A stretch of DNA of 63,465 nucleotides, filler included, from Chiloscyllium plagiosum (Eukaryota), in assembly GCF_004010195.1 (NCBI RefSeq). It is 3 parts of one record of this genome, joined end to end, with 100 filler letters (N's around TTAATTAATTAA, not from the genome) between each part and the next. Parts side by side here need not be neighbours in the genome. Positions count along the whole stretch, not along the records: positions 60,127 to 63,465 come from NC_057712.1; 2 more parts are not named here. One strand, 5' to 3'. The notes under the pieces are model-generated. The model had not been told where the DNA came from. It saw only the letters and a program-made list of their open reading frames with translations, and made no database searches. Shown piece by piece: positions 62,601 to 63,465 of this stretch. Numbering within the stretch: position 1 is the first letter of the stretch; each line of letters begins with the position of its first letter. A program made the translations under genes and the position numbers.

Positions 62601-63139
62601 AGCCTTTCCAGTGAGAGGTGGAACAGGAGTTTCCGTGGTTTCCCAAATCAGTGGTGGAGACACTTGCCCCTTGTTTTAAATTTAGTCTTTTAAATTTATT
62701 CACCCTGAACTTGACAGATTCTCTCGAACTCTTTCTTTCATCACTTTTATGGTAGGACATCCCATGCCGTGAAGCATGAAAAAAGAAACACCTTTTGTTA
62801 GCTCCCCCGAGAAGAAGCAAATTCTTCCAGAAATTTTCAGTAATTTAATTGTGTTTTGAATAATGGGCAACAGTAGATTCTAACTGCTGGTGGCTTGCTT
62901 TAAGGGTAATTTAGCACTTATTTGATTAATTCTCTACAGGAAGTTGAGCTGATCACTTAAGCATTGAAAAGGTCTCCGAGGAAGCAAATAAAAATGTGAA
63001 GAGAGATTAGTGATTGTGTATGCTTTCTTATGCATGGGGTGCTTGGAGTAGCAATGCAATGGACAGGAGCAGTTTTAGTTTTGAAGTAGATGAGTCAGTC
63101 TGTCACTGTGTGGGTTGTTATTTAGATCTTTATCTTTAC

Positions 63140-63465
63140 CTGGAGAAAGTGAGGTCTGCAGATGCTGAAACTTTATTGCTGGAACAGCACAGCAGGTCAG
63201 GCAGCATCCAGGGAACAGGAGATTCGACGTTTTGGGCACAGGCCCTTCTTCAGGAATGAGCAGAGAGTGTTCAGCAGGAGAAGATAAAAGGTAGGGAGGA
63301 GGGACTTGGAGGAGGGGGCGTTGGAAATGTGATAGTGGAAAGAGGCCAAGGTGAGGGTGATAGGTCGGAGTAGGATGGAGGCGGAGAGGTCAAGAAGAAG
63401 ACTGCAGGTCAGGAAGGCGACGTGGTCGACGGTGCCCTCCACCGCATCTCCTCCACTTCCCGCTC
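63140..63465 (-). mobile_element. PLE inverted terminal repeat (63140-63419, -), apparently followed by the element body on + running off the window
   Basis: Near-identical to 13612-13797. The hammerhead at 63222-63257 has GAAA changed to AAAA, and the sequence switches abruptly at ~63420 to VVDGALHRISSTSR. Confidence 0.85.

Overview
This is eukaryotic, repeat-dense genomic DNA, almost certainly from a shark or ray (HE1-type V-SINEs with their CR1/HER1-type partner LINEs). It is three contigs joined by two artificial 100-nt spacers (N44-TTAATTAATTAA-N44 at 28638-28737 and 60027-60126). I recognise only one host-gene piece: a 92-nt coding exon at 32889-32980 (+), LIYDSFAQFLVEQRGYDRELMTLTPDCWDFC, matching exon 2 of NT5DC1. 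It is too short for the ORF track, and exons 1 and 3 were not found. The rest is mostly decayed retroelements: many CR1 LINEs, a near-full-length L1, Gypsy remnants (one internally deleted provirus with LTRs, PPT and a 4-bp TSD), HE1 and Deu-type SINEs, and several Penelope-like element (PLE) families. None of the long ORFs is an intact gene. The most notable structures are PLE-related: minimal hammerhead-ribozyme cores, very short TSD-flanked PLE-derived insertions, and a 1.7-kb composite in which two inverted, near-identical PLE ends enclose ~0.83 kb of unrelated DNA inside one 13-bp TSD. Family assignments come from motif recognition by eye, with no database search, and repeat boundaries are approximate unless anchored by a TSD.
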